A stretch of DNA of 64,000 nucleotides from Octopus bimaculoides (Eukaryota): assembly GCF_001194135.2 (NCBI RefSeq), contig NC_068993.1, positions 60,880,934 to 60,944,933 on the forward strand. The letters run 5' to 3'. Below, in pieces: positions 13,413 through 25,430 of the stretch. Both the position numbers and the translations under genes were made by a program. The notes under the pieces are model-generated. The model saw nothing but the letters and a program-made list of their open reading frames with translations, did no database searches and was not told the DNA's origin. Within the stretch, counting starts at the first letter, position 1; each line of letters starts with the position of its first letter.

Positions 13413-13640
13413 NNNNNNNNNNNNNNNNNNNNNNNNNNNNNNNNNNNNNNNNNNNNNNNNNNNNNNNGGTGGTGGTGGTGCTGGTGTCGCTGGTTGTAGT
13501 AGTAATAGTGATACTAGTGAGTGAGGAGTTACTGGTGTTCGCTGTAGTAATGTGAGATTGCGCGGTTACTCTGTGAGGGTGGGCACCAGTGGCTTCTGTA
13601 ATGATGATGATGATGATAATGGCGGTGGTGGTGGTGGTAA
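12860..13640. repeat. Compound trinucleotide low-complexity tract (GGT/GAT/GTA/GTT)
   Basis: Direct reading; includes a gap at 13413-13467. Confidence 0.9.
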
Positions 13641-15209
13641 TGACGGTGATATAGGGTGTGTTCGTACGAAGTGGCGTTGGTAGCCTTAACCGGTGCACGC
13701 ACTCTTAGTAAAACCAACTTCCTGTCTAATCTATATCGATTGAATTTGTGTCAGCCAAGATGGCCGACCTCCGTGTTTAAGCCTGAAGCGTCCCCATTCA
13801 AGCAAAACACCTTCGCGCTATATGACGTTAGAAGAGTCTAAAGTAAACAGTCTCGCCAGATTAATCGCTCAGCCAATATCTATAAGGGCTACTTCTATAA
13901 TTCTCTCTCTCTTTCTCTGTCTTTCTTTCTTTCTCTTCATTTTAAACTATCTTTCGCTCTCTCTCTCTTCTATTTCACTTCCTCTCTAATATCCAATATC
14001 AATCGTTCGCCATCTTTTTCTCTTTCATTTCCCACATTCTTTCATACGCCATATGTTCCCTCTCTTCGTCTCTCCTCCGCCCCCGCTCTCTCTCTCTCTC
14101 TCTCTCTCTCGCTCTTTCTCTCTCATTTTCTGTTTCTCTTTCTTCTTCTCTATAACAGTTACCCTTTCTAAATCTTTTTCTATTTTTATTTCAATGCCTC
14201 TCAACACAGACAAACCAAAACACTCAAACGCCCCCCTTTTATACACAAACAAGTCTGCGCGTGTGCATACACATGTCTATTTCTATATATTTCTGCGTAT
14301 ATACACATGTACAAACACATATAAACAATTTGACTCTGTCTCTCTGTCTCTCTCTCTCTCTCACTTTTCCTCATTATCTATCTNNNNNNNNNNNNNNNNN
14401 NNNNNNNNNNNNNNNNNNNNNNNNNNNNNNNNNNNNNNNNNNNNNNNNNNNNNNNNNNNNNNNNNNNNNNNNNNNNNNNNNNNNNNNNNNNNNNNNNNNN
14501 NNNNNNNNNNNNNNNNNNNNNNNNNNNNNNNNNNNNNNNNNNNNNNNNNNNNNNNNNNNNNNNNNNNNNNNNNNNNNNNNNNNNNNNNNNNNNNNNNNNN
14601 NNNNNNNNNNNNNNNNNNNNNNNNNNNNNNNNNNNNNNNNNNNNNNNNNNNNNNNNNNNNNNNNNNNNNNNNNNNNNNNNNNNNNNNNNNNNNNNNNNNN
14701 NNNNNNNNNNNNNNNNNNNNNNNNNNNNNNNNNNNNNNNNNNNNNNNNNNNNNNNNNNNNNNNNNCACACACATCACTATACACAACTAAAAACAGGCTA
14801 AAACAGCAAACAGAAAGGGCAAAGAAGAGAGAGAAGGAGGAAAAAGGTAGAGAAGAAGGGAGAAAGAGAGATAAACAGACAGACAGACAGATAGAGAAAG
14901 AGATAAAGAGAGACTTAAGAGAGGAAGAGGTAACGTGCGTGTGTGTGTGTGTATGTGTAAAAAAGTGAGAAAAATAAATATATATCCTTTTTCTTTTTTG
15001 TTGCATTTGTTCATTCTTTTGCCATCAGCTTTCTACTAAATCACTACCACTCCTCATTTTGCATCCAACCACTCCTCCTCCTCCTCCTCTTCTTCAATCC
15101 TGTTATTTTTGTATCAATAGTGATGTCAATATGTACTTATCTTTATCATTGCGTGTGTTTGATCTTTTGTGTGATTGCGTTATACGTGTTTATCGTTCTG
15201 TGTCTGGTT

Positions 15210-15256
15210 CCCATATATATATATGTACATATATATATATATAATATTTATATATG

Positions 15257-15343
<87 letters not shown>

Positions 15344-15490
15344 ATCTACACACACACACACACACGCATACACACATGTACATACCTATGTGTATGTGTG
15401 TATACAGAAACAGAACTGTACCTCTTCATGTCGACGCACATACGGATATCTTTATGCATACCTATACATACACACACACACACACATACG

Positions 15491-15542
<52 letters not shown>

Positions 15543-15590
15543 CATAAACACACACACACGAACACACACACACACACACACGCGCACAGA
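15210..15590. repeat. Compound (AT)/(TG)/(CA) microsatellite
   Basis: Direct reading. Confidence 0.9.
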
Positions 15591-15876
15591 GTAGGTCTTT
15601 TTGTGAGATTAGAAATTAATATTGTCTGTGCGTATATAAACATGGCCGTGTTTATGTTACATAAGCAAAGCTAGCTTAACTTCCGATGTCACCAAGCGTT
15701 AATGATGTTGCTGGGAGCGGACTGTGATACAGGTGGTTGCTGTGTTTGAGTTGGTAGCGATGGGAGTGGAGTAACGTGGCGAGGGAGTAGCACTACAGAA
15801 AAAGAGGGAGAAAATAAGTTAGAATGAGAGAGATAGTGTAGACAAAAGAGGCAGAAGAGAAAGTTGGGATGATAGT

Positions 15877-15920
<44 letters not shown>

Positions 15921-15930
15921 NNNNNNNNNN

Positions 15931-15973
<43 letters not shown>

Positions 15974-16158
15974 GCGATGTAAGATTGTGTGAATGTTAGG
16001 AGAGGGTTTTAGAATACCAGGAGAGACTGAATTGAGTTTTTGAGAGAGAGCCATGGAAAGATGTGGGACGAGATGTGGGACGCTGGAGACAGGAAGGAGC
16101 AAGGAGAATCTGGCACATGATGAGGGATGCGGTTCTGAAAGGTGGTAGGATAATCGAG

Positions 16159-16217
<59 letters not shown>

Positions 16218-16563
16218 NNNNNNNNNNNNNNNNNNNNNNNNNNNNNNNNNNNNNNNNNNNNNNNNNNNNNNNNNNNNNNNNNNNNNNNNNNNNNNNNNNN
16301 NNNNNNNNNNNNNNNNNNNNNNNNNNNNNNNNNNNNNNNNNNNNNNNNNNNNNNNNNNNNNNNNNNNNNNNNNNNNNNNNNNNNNNNNNNNNNNNNNNNN
16401 NNNNNNNNNNNNNNNNNNNNNNNNNNNNNNNNNNNNNNNNNNNNNNNNNNNNNNNNNNNNNNNNNNNNNNNNNNNNNNNNNNNNNNNNNNNNNNNNNNNN
16501 NNNNNNNNNNNNNNNNNNNNNNNNNNNNNNNNNNNNNNNNNNNNNNNNNNNNNNNNNNNNNNN

Positions 16564-16605
<42 letters not shown>

Positions 16606-16755
16606 ATGGATGGATGGATGGATGGATGGATGGATGGATGGATGGATGGATAGGCAGGCAAGTAGGCAGGAAGGCAGGCAGGCAGGTAGACAGACAGACA
16701 GACAGGTAGACAGATAGGTTGATAGACAGACAGACAAGTAGATAGGTAGATAGAT
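16564..16755. repeat. Compound tetranucleotide microsatellite GGCT>GGAT>GGCA>GACA>GATA
   Basis: Direct reading. Confidence 0.9.
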
Positions 16756-17599
16756 ATCAACATCAGCTGTGGTTATTCTTATCAAAGGAACCCTCCGAGA
16801 AGAACCACAGCAAAGAATGGTTCGTGTTAGAGCTATTGTAACATTTGCGGTATATTGGTCTTCTACCTGCCACAAAGAAAACTAACAAGTGTTATTTGAG
16901 AAGCTTCGGTTTTTACCTGTCCCTTTTCTGGTTAGGAACTGTGAACTTCTATAAACCTTTCGTCCCCTTCGTTGTCGAACAGGAAGAAGGTCGCTACAAA
17001 CACCAGATTCTTGCTTCTGGTGGCACATCCGATGCCGTCTCCTTCATCAAGCGTTTCCCGTTGCAAGATGGAAAGACGTTAAATTCCTGCTTTTCGTTGT
17101 GTCGTGAAATGGTTTTCTCGCTTCAGTTCTTCAAACAATTTTCACATCCACTTTGGTAAATTACCTGTTGCCTGACAAATGTCTCGTAATCGAGTTCGAA
17201 CCATCATTCCACCGGTGCGTGGATCAGTCGTTCTGCCGTTCGACTTCACTTATACTTCTGCTCTGACAAAGCAAAGTGTGAGACTTGCGTTTCCCATGTC
17301 TTGCAAACCTTCTGGTCCCTTTGTATTATCTTCCTTTTCCAGTTTGCCCATGGAGGAGGAGGAGGANNNNNNNNNNNNNNNNNNNNNNNNNNNNNNNNNN
17401 NNNNNNNNNNNNNNNNNNNNNNNNGGAGGAGGATGAGGAGGGGAGGAGGATGAAGAGGGGGGGAGTGTGTCGGTGAAGTTGAAGTTTACTCACGATTCTG
17501 TCGGTTCTGACCTTGTGGTTCTTGGCTTAACGTTTATGATGTTATTAATGTTGCTCTTTGTTACAGAATTGTTTTGGTGTTGTTCTTTACATTTGGCAT

Positions 17600-17648
<49 letters not shown>

Positions 17649-17693
17649 CAGCAGTTATTTTCTTCTTCTTGTTGTTGTAGTTGTTGTTGTTGC

Positions 17694-17736
<43 letters not shown>

Positions 17737-17740
17737 TATT

Positions 17741-17953
17741 AAGGCGGCGAGCTGGCTGAATCGTTATCATGGTGGACGAAATACTTAGCGGTATTTTGCC
17801 CGTCGTTACGCTCTGAGTTCAAATTCCGCCGGGGTCGACTTTGCCTTTCATCCTTTCAGGGTTGATAAACTAAGTACCAGTGAAAACGCTGGGGCCGATG
17901 TAATTGACTAGTCCCCTCCCCCAAAATTTCTCTTGTGCTTTTAGCAGAAAGGA
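17741..17953 (+). mobile_element. SINE family A, full length
   Basis: aaggcggcgagctggc...gagttcaaattccgcc...ctttcatcctttc...cccctcccccaaaatt, flanked by (ATT)n. Confidence 0.9.
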
Positions 17954-18129
17954 TTATTATTATTATTATTATTATTGTTGTTGTTATTATTGTTATCAGC
18001 AGCATCATTACTTACTTATTTATATTATTGTTGCTTTGTTTTATACAAGTTGTTTCAAGTCTCACCAAGGGACCTCAGGTAATAGCAAGATGGCTATTTT
18101 ACAAAGGGCTATATTTACGATTTAGCAAT

Positions 18130-18345
18130 GATATAAGGAGAGCGGAATCTGGAAACTAAGATTCTATTAAATTTGTAGCGTTTCAGTTTTGAAAGACTTT
18201 TAAGAGAATCACTTATGTTCAAGTTGGCAATGTTTTTTCTTAGGATGTGGGCAGAACCTGCGAAAACAATTTTTTGTAGTTCTTTTGGGTGTCTTGGTAT
18301 TTGACTATAATGCTTAAGAGTGCTTTTTGGTATTGTCTCCAAAGC
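18130..18345 (-). mobile_element. 3' remnant of RLE-class LINE
   Basis: Minus translation ETIPKSTLKHYSQIPRHPKELQKIVFAGSAHILRKNI resembles the LQK..L.GTAHILRK C-terminus of RLE non-LTR elements. Confidence 0.6.
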
Positions 18346-18385
18346 TCTGCAGCCGATTAATCTATAATTTTGCTTTGAGTCTTGG

Positions 18386-18641
18386 CGAGATCACTGCGAT
18401 CTCCAAGTTCAAAGTGTATGACCTTCAAACAAAGAGGTGGTGGACGCTTCAATGACGAAGTTCTTCGCTTCGAAGGACAAGAACTGGAATCAGCGTGAAA
18501 TGAAAGAACTGGCAGAATACTGACTTCAGACGGTGCAACACGATGGCCTCTACTTTGAATTCTAGGCTGCTATTGCTAAAACTTAACTAATAAAGAAATT
18601 AAGTTACCAAAATATTGCTAAACTTTTGACTCGACACAGTA
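18386..18641 (+). mobile_element. Mariner 3' end with right TIR
   Basis: KFFASKDKNWNQREMKELAEY*LQTVQHDGLYFEF* mariner C-terminus followed by TIR-like gctaaacttttgactcgacacag and TA. Confidence 0.75.
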
Positions 18642-18997
18642 TTGTAAAAAAAACCAGGAATATGTCCTTGTCAGGAGAGTTCCTCCACTCACTTTTGTAA
18701 ATTGCCGTATTTCTTGTAAAGATTCACATACTCCTACTTGACTTGTTTCTCGTTGATAACAGCCACGCTCATCTTAGCAAGATACAACAGGGAATATAAA
18801 CATAATAACCAAATGTTTTAGATTAATGTCTCTGTGTTTAGAAAAAGAAGGTAACATTTTAAAAAGAAGGTACATGGAATCCAGGATCGGTGCCTACCCG
18901 AAACATTGAAACTCATAGCACTTCATGAGCTACTAACGTGCATGGGTTCGAATTTTGTCTGAAAACATTGCTTCTTTTGTGCCTCCCTGTTATTTAG

Positions 18998-19081
18998 ATG
19001 TTGCTCCGGCGCTGTTTCTGGTGACAAACGGTGGAATTTTGTTTAATGATACAAGAAATGTATCCAGACACTTTATCCAAG
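18998..19081 (+). CDS. Candidate isolated internal exon (84 nt, phase 1-1), product unknown
   Basis: Pyrimidine tract cttcttttgtgcctccctgttatttag acceptor; donor AAG|gtattg; single open frame (D)VAPALFLVTNGGILFNDTRNVSRHFIQ(G) with two N-x-S/T sequons; no partner exons identified. Confidence 0.3.
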
Positions 19082-19142
19082 GTATTGAGTTCTGTGCTCT
19101 GCTAAAATGTATTTGAATATAATTTGCAAATCTTACACCACG

Positions 19143-19144
<2 letters not shown>

Positions 19145-19173
<29 letters not shown>

Positions 19174-19336
19174 TGTATGTATGTATGTATGTATGTAGGT
19201 AGGTAGGTAGGTAGGTAGGTATTATGAGTGTCAGGGAGGGAGAGTGAGAGAAAGAGAAAGTAAATATATTTGCCGTCAGATTAGTCACTTTATGCATTCA
19301 GAGAAAAAGGAAGCTGAGTCATAAATAGATTAACAA

Positions 19337-19405
<69 letters not shown>

Positions 19406-19415
19406 GTGTGTGTGT

Positions 19416-19446
<31 letters not shown>

Positions 19447-19450
19447 ATGG
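19145..19450. repeat. Compound (TATG)/(TAGG)/(GACA)/(TG) microsatellites
   Basis: Direct reading. Confidence 0.9.
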
Positions 19451-19647
19451 AGATCAGATGTATAGAGAGAGGGATAATAAGGAGCGAAAGAGAAAGCTGA
19501 CAGATAGACAGAGAGACAAACCGACAGAGAGACGTCTAAATTGACTAATTCATTGATTGATTGATTGGTAGTTGTGAATGCCTACGTACATATGCGAGTG
19601 CGGGTGTAGGCATATATGACTATATGTTTGTACGTATGAAGAAGCAC

Positions 19648-19715
<68 letters not shown>

Positions 19716-19864
19716 GAAACCTCTATAGATCATGTGTTATATCGGTAATTTATCCTTGCTCTTTGTTACAATAGGTCAATTTAAAGCAACACTCATTAAG
19801 GGCATAATACTGTGTTCTCTTCTGTTAATACTCATAGTCTCTCTCTCCTCCTCTTCCTCCTTCG

Positions 19865-19957
<93 letters not shown>

Positions 19958-20974
19958 CACCCTTCTCGCTATCCGCTCAGATTATGTTTTAATGACTATA
20001 TATTTAACCAATTTTTGCTCTTCGAAAATTTATCTCTTATTTATTTCTTTTATGACAGGTATTAATTATTATTCACCAGTTTGCGTCGCTCTAAGAAGAT
20101 TTCACTTCAATTACTAACAATAGCTCTGTTAATTCCATAAGTATTGGTTTTGGTAACAAATTAATATGTCTGCCTTTTTTTTCTTCTTTAACTGTAGTTT
20201 GCCAAAATTGGTTAACTAGCCATAATTGTGTGTTTCTTTTTAACACAAGTAGGAGATGAAATGAAAATGAATCTAGGATACACCATTTCACTAAACATGT
20301 CTTAAATGGCGAGCAAATTTTTTTTTTTTTTGTTATTTCACACTGTGATCAAAAGGCGAAGAATTCGTTTGATCTGAATTGCTCTTTTCTTTACAAAATT
20401 GCACGGAAGTCATATTGTAACAAACATAGTTTGGAATCGTAAAACCAGATTTTTGTGAAATATTTTCGTTTTAATTTTAATTTGGGGAATCTAAATTTTG
20501 TTTTGTGATATATATTGGTTTCTTGATTCTGTTTTTGATATTTCTTCCTTGTTTGTGGAGAATTCAAAAATACTAAACGAAACTAAACAGCATCGAATAT
20601 ACAAAACCAGTGGACTTATTACTTTCAGTGAAAATAATGACTGATCTCAGGAATGTTCAAACTAGATGGATGAATAGAAAATATGTGTCAATCGTGCTCT
20701 CTTCTTTCATTGAGAACGTCTGCTTCTCAAGGTTATTTCTTAAACATTTTCGTGACACAATAAGCCATATCAATATTTATTGGTAAAAACTAAAAATATA
20801 CAAACTGTCTACAATAACTGAAGATTTTTCTATAATTTCGCCATTGATATTTTGGGTTTACTTAACTTTAAATCTAATATTCATATCGCTAGACAAAATG
20901 ATATTTTCAAAACTATATAAATTCTACTTTTAATCACAAACAGTAATAATTTCTCACGCAAGCAGAGTACCATA

Positions 20975-21088
20975 TAGGCGCAGGCGTGGCTTTGTGGTAA
21001 AAATTTACTCCTCAATCACGAGGCTCCAGGTTCAGTCCCACTACATGGAACTTTGGGCAAGTATTTTTACTATAGCCTCAGGCTGACC
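20975..21088 (+). mobile_element. SINE family B 5' part, truncated against mariner
   Basis: gcaggcgtggctttgtggtaa...ttgggcaagtatttttactatagcctcaggctgacc. Confidence 0.8.
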
Positions 21089-21840
21089 CACCAAACAGAT
21101 AACAACACCTTACGTGGGTGAAGACCTTCTTTAGCCTGGGGTGCTGGTGTTTCTCCTTCCACACTGACTTTCTTCGGCGCTTGACATTTTTATAGAGAAC
21201 CCATTTCTCGTCACCAGTCACTATTCGGTCAAAATAGGTTCATTCGTGAGATGCGACAGCAAAGAAGATTAGATCTGCACACGGTTAGACTCGGAAAGTT
21301 TGTGTGGAACCCATTGAACCAATTTGCTGACATTTCCGATGGCACAAAGGTGTCGATGAATGGCGTAATGACCAAATCCAAACTTCTCTGCTAGTTCAAC
21401 AGTCACGATGGGATTTTGTTCCCCCAGGGTTTGCAAGACGTCCTTGTCGAGCTCTACAGATCTTCCAGGACAAGACTCGTCTTCTAGGCAGCAATTTCCG
21501 GCTTGGAATTTCTGGAACCACTGTTGACACTGGTTAACGCTTATTGTCCGATCCCCAAATACTGCATTAATATTCCTCGCAGTTTCCGTTGCGTTGTTGC
21601 CTTTATTGAACTCATAAAGCAAAATATGACGAATATGCTCCTTTGTTACTTACATTATAGCTTTGAAAAAATAACTGTTAAAATCGAACTGCACTCTTCA
21701 GAACTTGCACTAACAATAAGTACAAAGTAAAATTACTACCTGTTTTTACAGCAAGTTGATGCAGGTAGTTTATCCCGTCCCCCTCTGACTTTCAGTTTAT
21801 GTAATTGAAAAAACCGCATTATTTATGGGATAACCCAATA
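21087..21840 (-). mobile_element. Mariner 5' half with left TIR (Hsmar1/cecropia-like), pseudogenised
   Basis: TIR tattgggttatcccataaataatgcggtttt; ORF 21269-21622 MLYEFNKGNNATETARNINAVFG...WFQKF...GR...WVPHKLS; then TGDEKWVLY and VLLSVWW. Confidence 0.92.
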
Positions 21841-21844
21841 CTAT

Positions 21845-22032
21845 TTCCACAAGGCCTGAAATTTTGGGGGTAAGAAGGTAGTCGATTACATCGACCACAG
21901 TACCTGACTGGTATTTATTTTATTGACCTTGAAAGGATGAACGGCAAAGTCAACCTCAGTGCCATTTGAATTTAGAATGTAAAGAGACGGAAGAAATGCC
22001 GGAAAGCATTTTGTCCGATATGCTAACAATTC
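21845..22032 (-). mobile_element. SINE family A, diverged
   Basis: cacaaggcctgaaattttgggg...gaaaggatgaacggcaaagtcaacctc. Confidence 0.8.
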
Positions 22033-23769
22033 CATCAACTAATCTCCTGAATAGAAATAATAATAACAATAATATTAACGATGATAATGATGATAGTAAT
22101 TATGTTGATAATGATGATTGTGATTGTGGTGAAATGTTGATAGTGTTTATCGATTTTAGAGAAGAAGAGTTAAAGATGAGATCTAAACAAATAACCAGTC
22201 AGGAATTTGTTGCTGCAATCGATATTTATAGAATTACCGTGAAAAGAAAGAGTAACGTTTCCAGGATCTTTGACGAAGAAGATTTGAAGAGAGTGCTCGA
22301 AGGAAGGCCATTTCAGGAAGGCCATTTCAGGAAGGCCATTTGAGCGACTTGAAAACGATTTTAGTTTCAATAAAACAAGAAATACTCTCAAGACCACACG
22401 AAATATAGTTTAGGTCCAGGTCAGACCTGGTTAGGCAGATTTGCTCTATGTTCCGGAGAGAGTCAGCGTTTCATTGTTGTTGCTTAATCCCAGAGCAAAC
22501 TTATGATCAAAAATTTTCTAATACTGACCATCCAGTCTCATTTCTGTGTGAGTAACAATTCTTTTAAAGAAGCATGCATGTCTGGCTAATTACCGTCTGA
22601 TCGCATCGGAGTATCTTCTCAGTGGCCTCTTGTAGAAAAGACGTGTTTCTCTAGTCAGACGGTTCATCTGCTGCTAGAACACTCTCCGTGATTGGCTAGG
22701 TATGCTGTGGTTATTGCTGTTGTTATTGCAGAGGCTAGACCATCTGCAATAGATTCCTGGATGTTGAGCGTGTGTGGTCTCCTTTCGGAACATAGATCTT
22801 TCTGCAATACGTTTTCTTGACAGAAATGCCGTCTTGCGTCAAGCAAAGCCGAGGCTGCACTTGGTATCTGGAATATTTCCAGACACTTACTGCCTAGCAA
22901 TGGAATTGAGGAAAGTTCCACTCTAATAATCGATAGAGAGACATGGTGGGGAAGAGTGACGATGCTCTAAGGCGAAACTCTTGGTTTCGGCGAAAATCGA
23001 TTGGCCTGTTTATTACAGAGGATTTTCGGGCCGAGGACTACGATAGATAATATTCGGAAGTACATGATTTAGCAGTGCCACTGAGGGGCGCTATCGAATG
23101 ACGCTACTCGATTCGAGATAAACTTTACAAGCACGGAAGTAATGTTAGACGTTCCAGTTTGAAATTATGCGCAGAGGGTGACGAAACTGTTCTGCAAAAG
23201 GTCTCGTTCAGTGTTCGGATATTGCTGACTTGTGGTTTTATGTGGAACAGTTGCTGCCGCATATAAGGCAGATCGGCCATCAACTGAGCTTGTTGTGATG
23301 TGCGACACGCGATCCCTTCTTAATCTAAAAGGATGGGCAGATTCTTCTGTCTGATGACTACCGCAACAGTACTGAACGAAATTGAAAGCTCTAAAGACAA
23401 ACACTCATGAACTCTTTCGAGTCTTATCGAAAAGTAAAAGTAGAAACGAAGATGTTATTCTCGATATATTGAAGACGTGACTGGAGTAACTGAAACCGCC
23501 TTGAGTACACAACGAACGGAGAGGGCACTTGTCCTTCGGGTTTGCTGTATTCGTGGATCTGTGAGGTTTCCTAATTGGCTTCAGATGGAGGTCCTTCCCT
23601 ATTCGAAGGGCTGTAGTATAAACATCATTCATTATTTTTACACCGTGTACACTTATCCTTCGTGTATTTTTCGTTCCTCAAACGGATTTTCTGTGGAAAC
23701 CCTCACGCTTTATGTCTGCCTTTGTAGTTGGTTCTCTCATCTTTTGCCATGGTCGCAAAGATAGAAAGT

Positions 23770-23805
<36 letters not shown>

Positions 23806-24029
23806 GTCTTCATCGTTGTCGTCGTTGTCATCGTCGTCGCCGTCATCATCATCATCACCATCACCAACGTCGTCATCATCATCATCAGCATCATTATAGA
23901 ATAATCGGATTTGCTATTTAGTGCTAATTGTCCTGATTGCACGAAAATGACAGCGCCACCTACATTACCCCACCAACCATCCTTACTACCAACAAAGCTG
24001 TTCGTTCTTCTTCGATATTCTGCACAAAG

Positions 24030-24548
24030 TCATCGTCTCTCCCTCTCTCTCTTCCCCTCCTTCTTTCTCTCTCTCTCCCTCTGTCTCCCCCCTCCCTGTG
24101 CCTCTTCCTCTTCCCTTTGAAACTTTGTCAGTCTCTCCTCTTTCTACCGCCTCTATCTCTTTCTCTTACTCTTTCATCCTTTACCTCCTCTTTCCCTACC
24201 CTTTTTCTCTTCCTCTTTTTCTCCCTGTTAATTTCCTTCTCACTTTCGTTCTCCCATTTTCGTTCTCTCTTCTCACAATCTTCCTTTCTGCTTCTCACCC
24301 TTCTTTTTCTATTTCTTTCTTTCTTTCTTTCTCTCTCCTCTTTCTACCCCTTTCCCACCTATCTGTAACTCTTCTTTCTTCTCGTTTCTTAACTTTCCCC
24401 CTCTCTCTCTCTATCTCTCTCTTCCTCCGTCCCTATCACCTCTTCTACTCCCCCCTCATTCCCAACCATCAACCCTCTCTCTTCCACCCTCATCTCACAT
24501 CTTCATCAATTCTCTTTCTCTCTCATCTCTTTCTCCTCACCCATTCTT

Positions 24549-24583
<35 letters not shown>

Positions 24584-24686
24584 TTCGCTCTCCACTCTTT
24601 GACTTCCCTCTCACTTCCTACCATTCTCTCATCACTTCACAATATAGTCTAAACTCTTCTACATCATTCTCTCTCTTTCTCTCACC

Positions 24687-24718
<32 letters not shown>

Positions 24719-24723
24719 GTCTC

Positions 24724-24820
<97 letters not shown>
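24030..24820. repeat. Long pyrimidine-rich / (CT)n tract
   Basis: Direct reading. Confidence 0.9.
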
Positions 24821-25239
24821 CTTAATGACTTTCCCATCACCCCCTTTGCTTCGCTTTAACTTCACACCTCCATTTAATTTAAAGTGAATACCGTCAAAAA
24901 TGATCGTCTGCTTCTGTAGCCGGCGGCTGATATATCTGTCTGTATTGTCTGCAATTACCGCATTTCATAAGAGCATATGAACACCTACTGAGTTAATCAC
25001 ATGCATGATTAACCAATCTAACAGTGACAGTTTGTATATTCAAAAGAGATATTGCAGTTCTGCACATTTGAAATGCATCGGAAAGGACTAACAATTCCAA
25101 CTGAGAGCCATCAGGAAATTTACTTGTCTTCTTAAACTGCATGTGTAGTAATTCTTCAATGCTTTCCTGTTAGATTTTTGCAAGTTTCTCTGAGATAGTA
25201 AAATAGGAAGAAGTAATGTATATTGTATTTTACTTTCAA

Positions 25240-25430
25240 GAAGAGAGAAGGAACTAAAATTAAATTTAAATACAAATCTTTTCCATTAAAAGACATTTTC
25301 GTTCCCAAACTGCTACTAAACTCATCTGAATTACGGTCTGACTTGCTTAAATACTGCAGCCTTATTTCTCGATGTTTTGCAACTATAACCGAAAGAAATT
25401 TTCTCTTTGGATTGTATTTCACACAGGAAA
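25240..25430 (+). mobile_element. Possible decayed Penelope GIY-YIG-region fragment
   Basis: IKFKYKSFPLKDIFVPK...SELRSDLLKYCS..C.A.ITERNF only loosely resembles the PLE endonuclease N-terminus. Confidence 0.2.

Noticed and set aside
23345-23390. CUGAUGA...GAAA string
   Set aside because: No pairing stems and no UH triplet in position
23403-23407. In-frame TGA joining two ORFs as possible selenocysteine or readthrough
   Set aside because: The same frame also has TAA/TAG stops; no selenoprotein similarity or SECIS recognised
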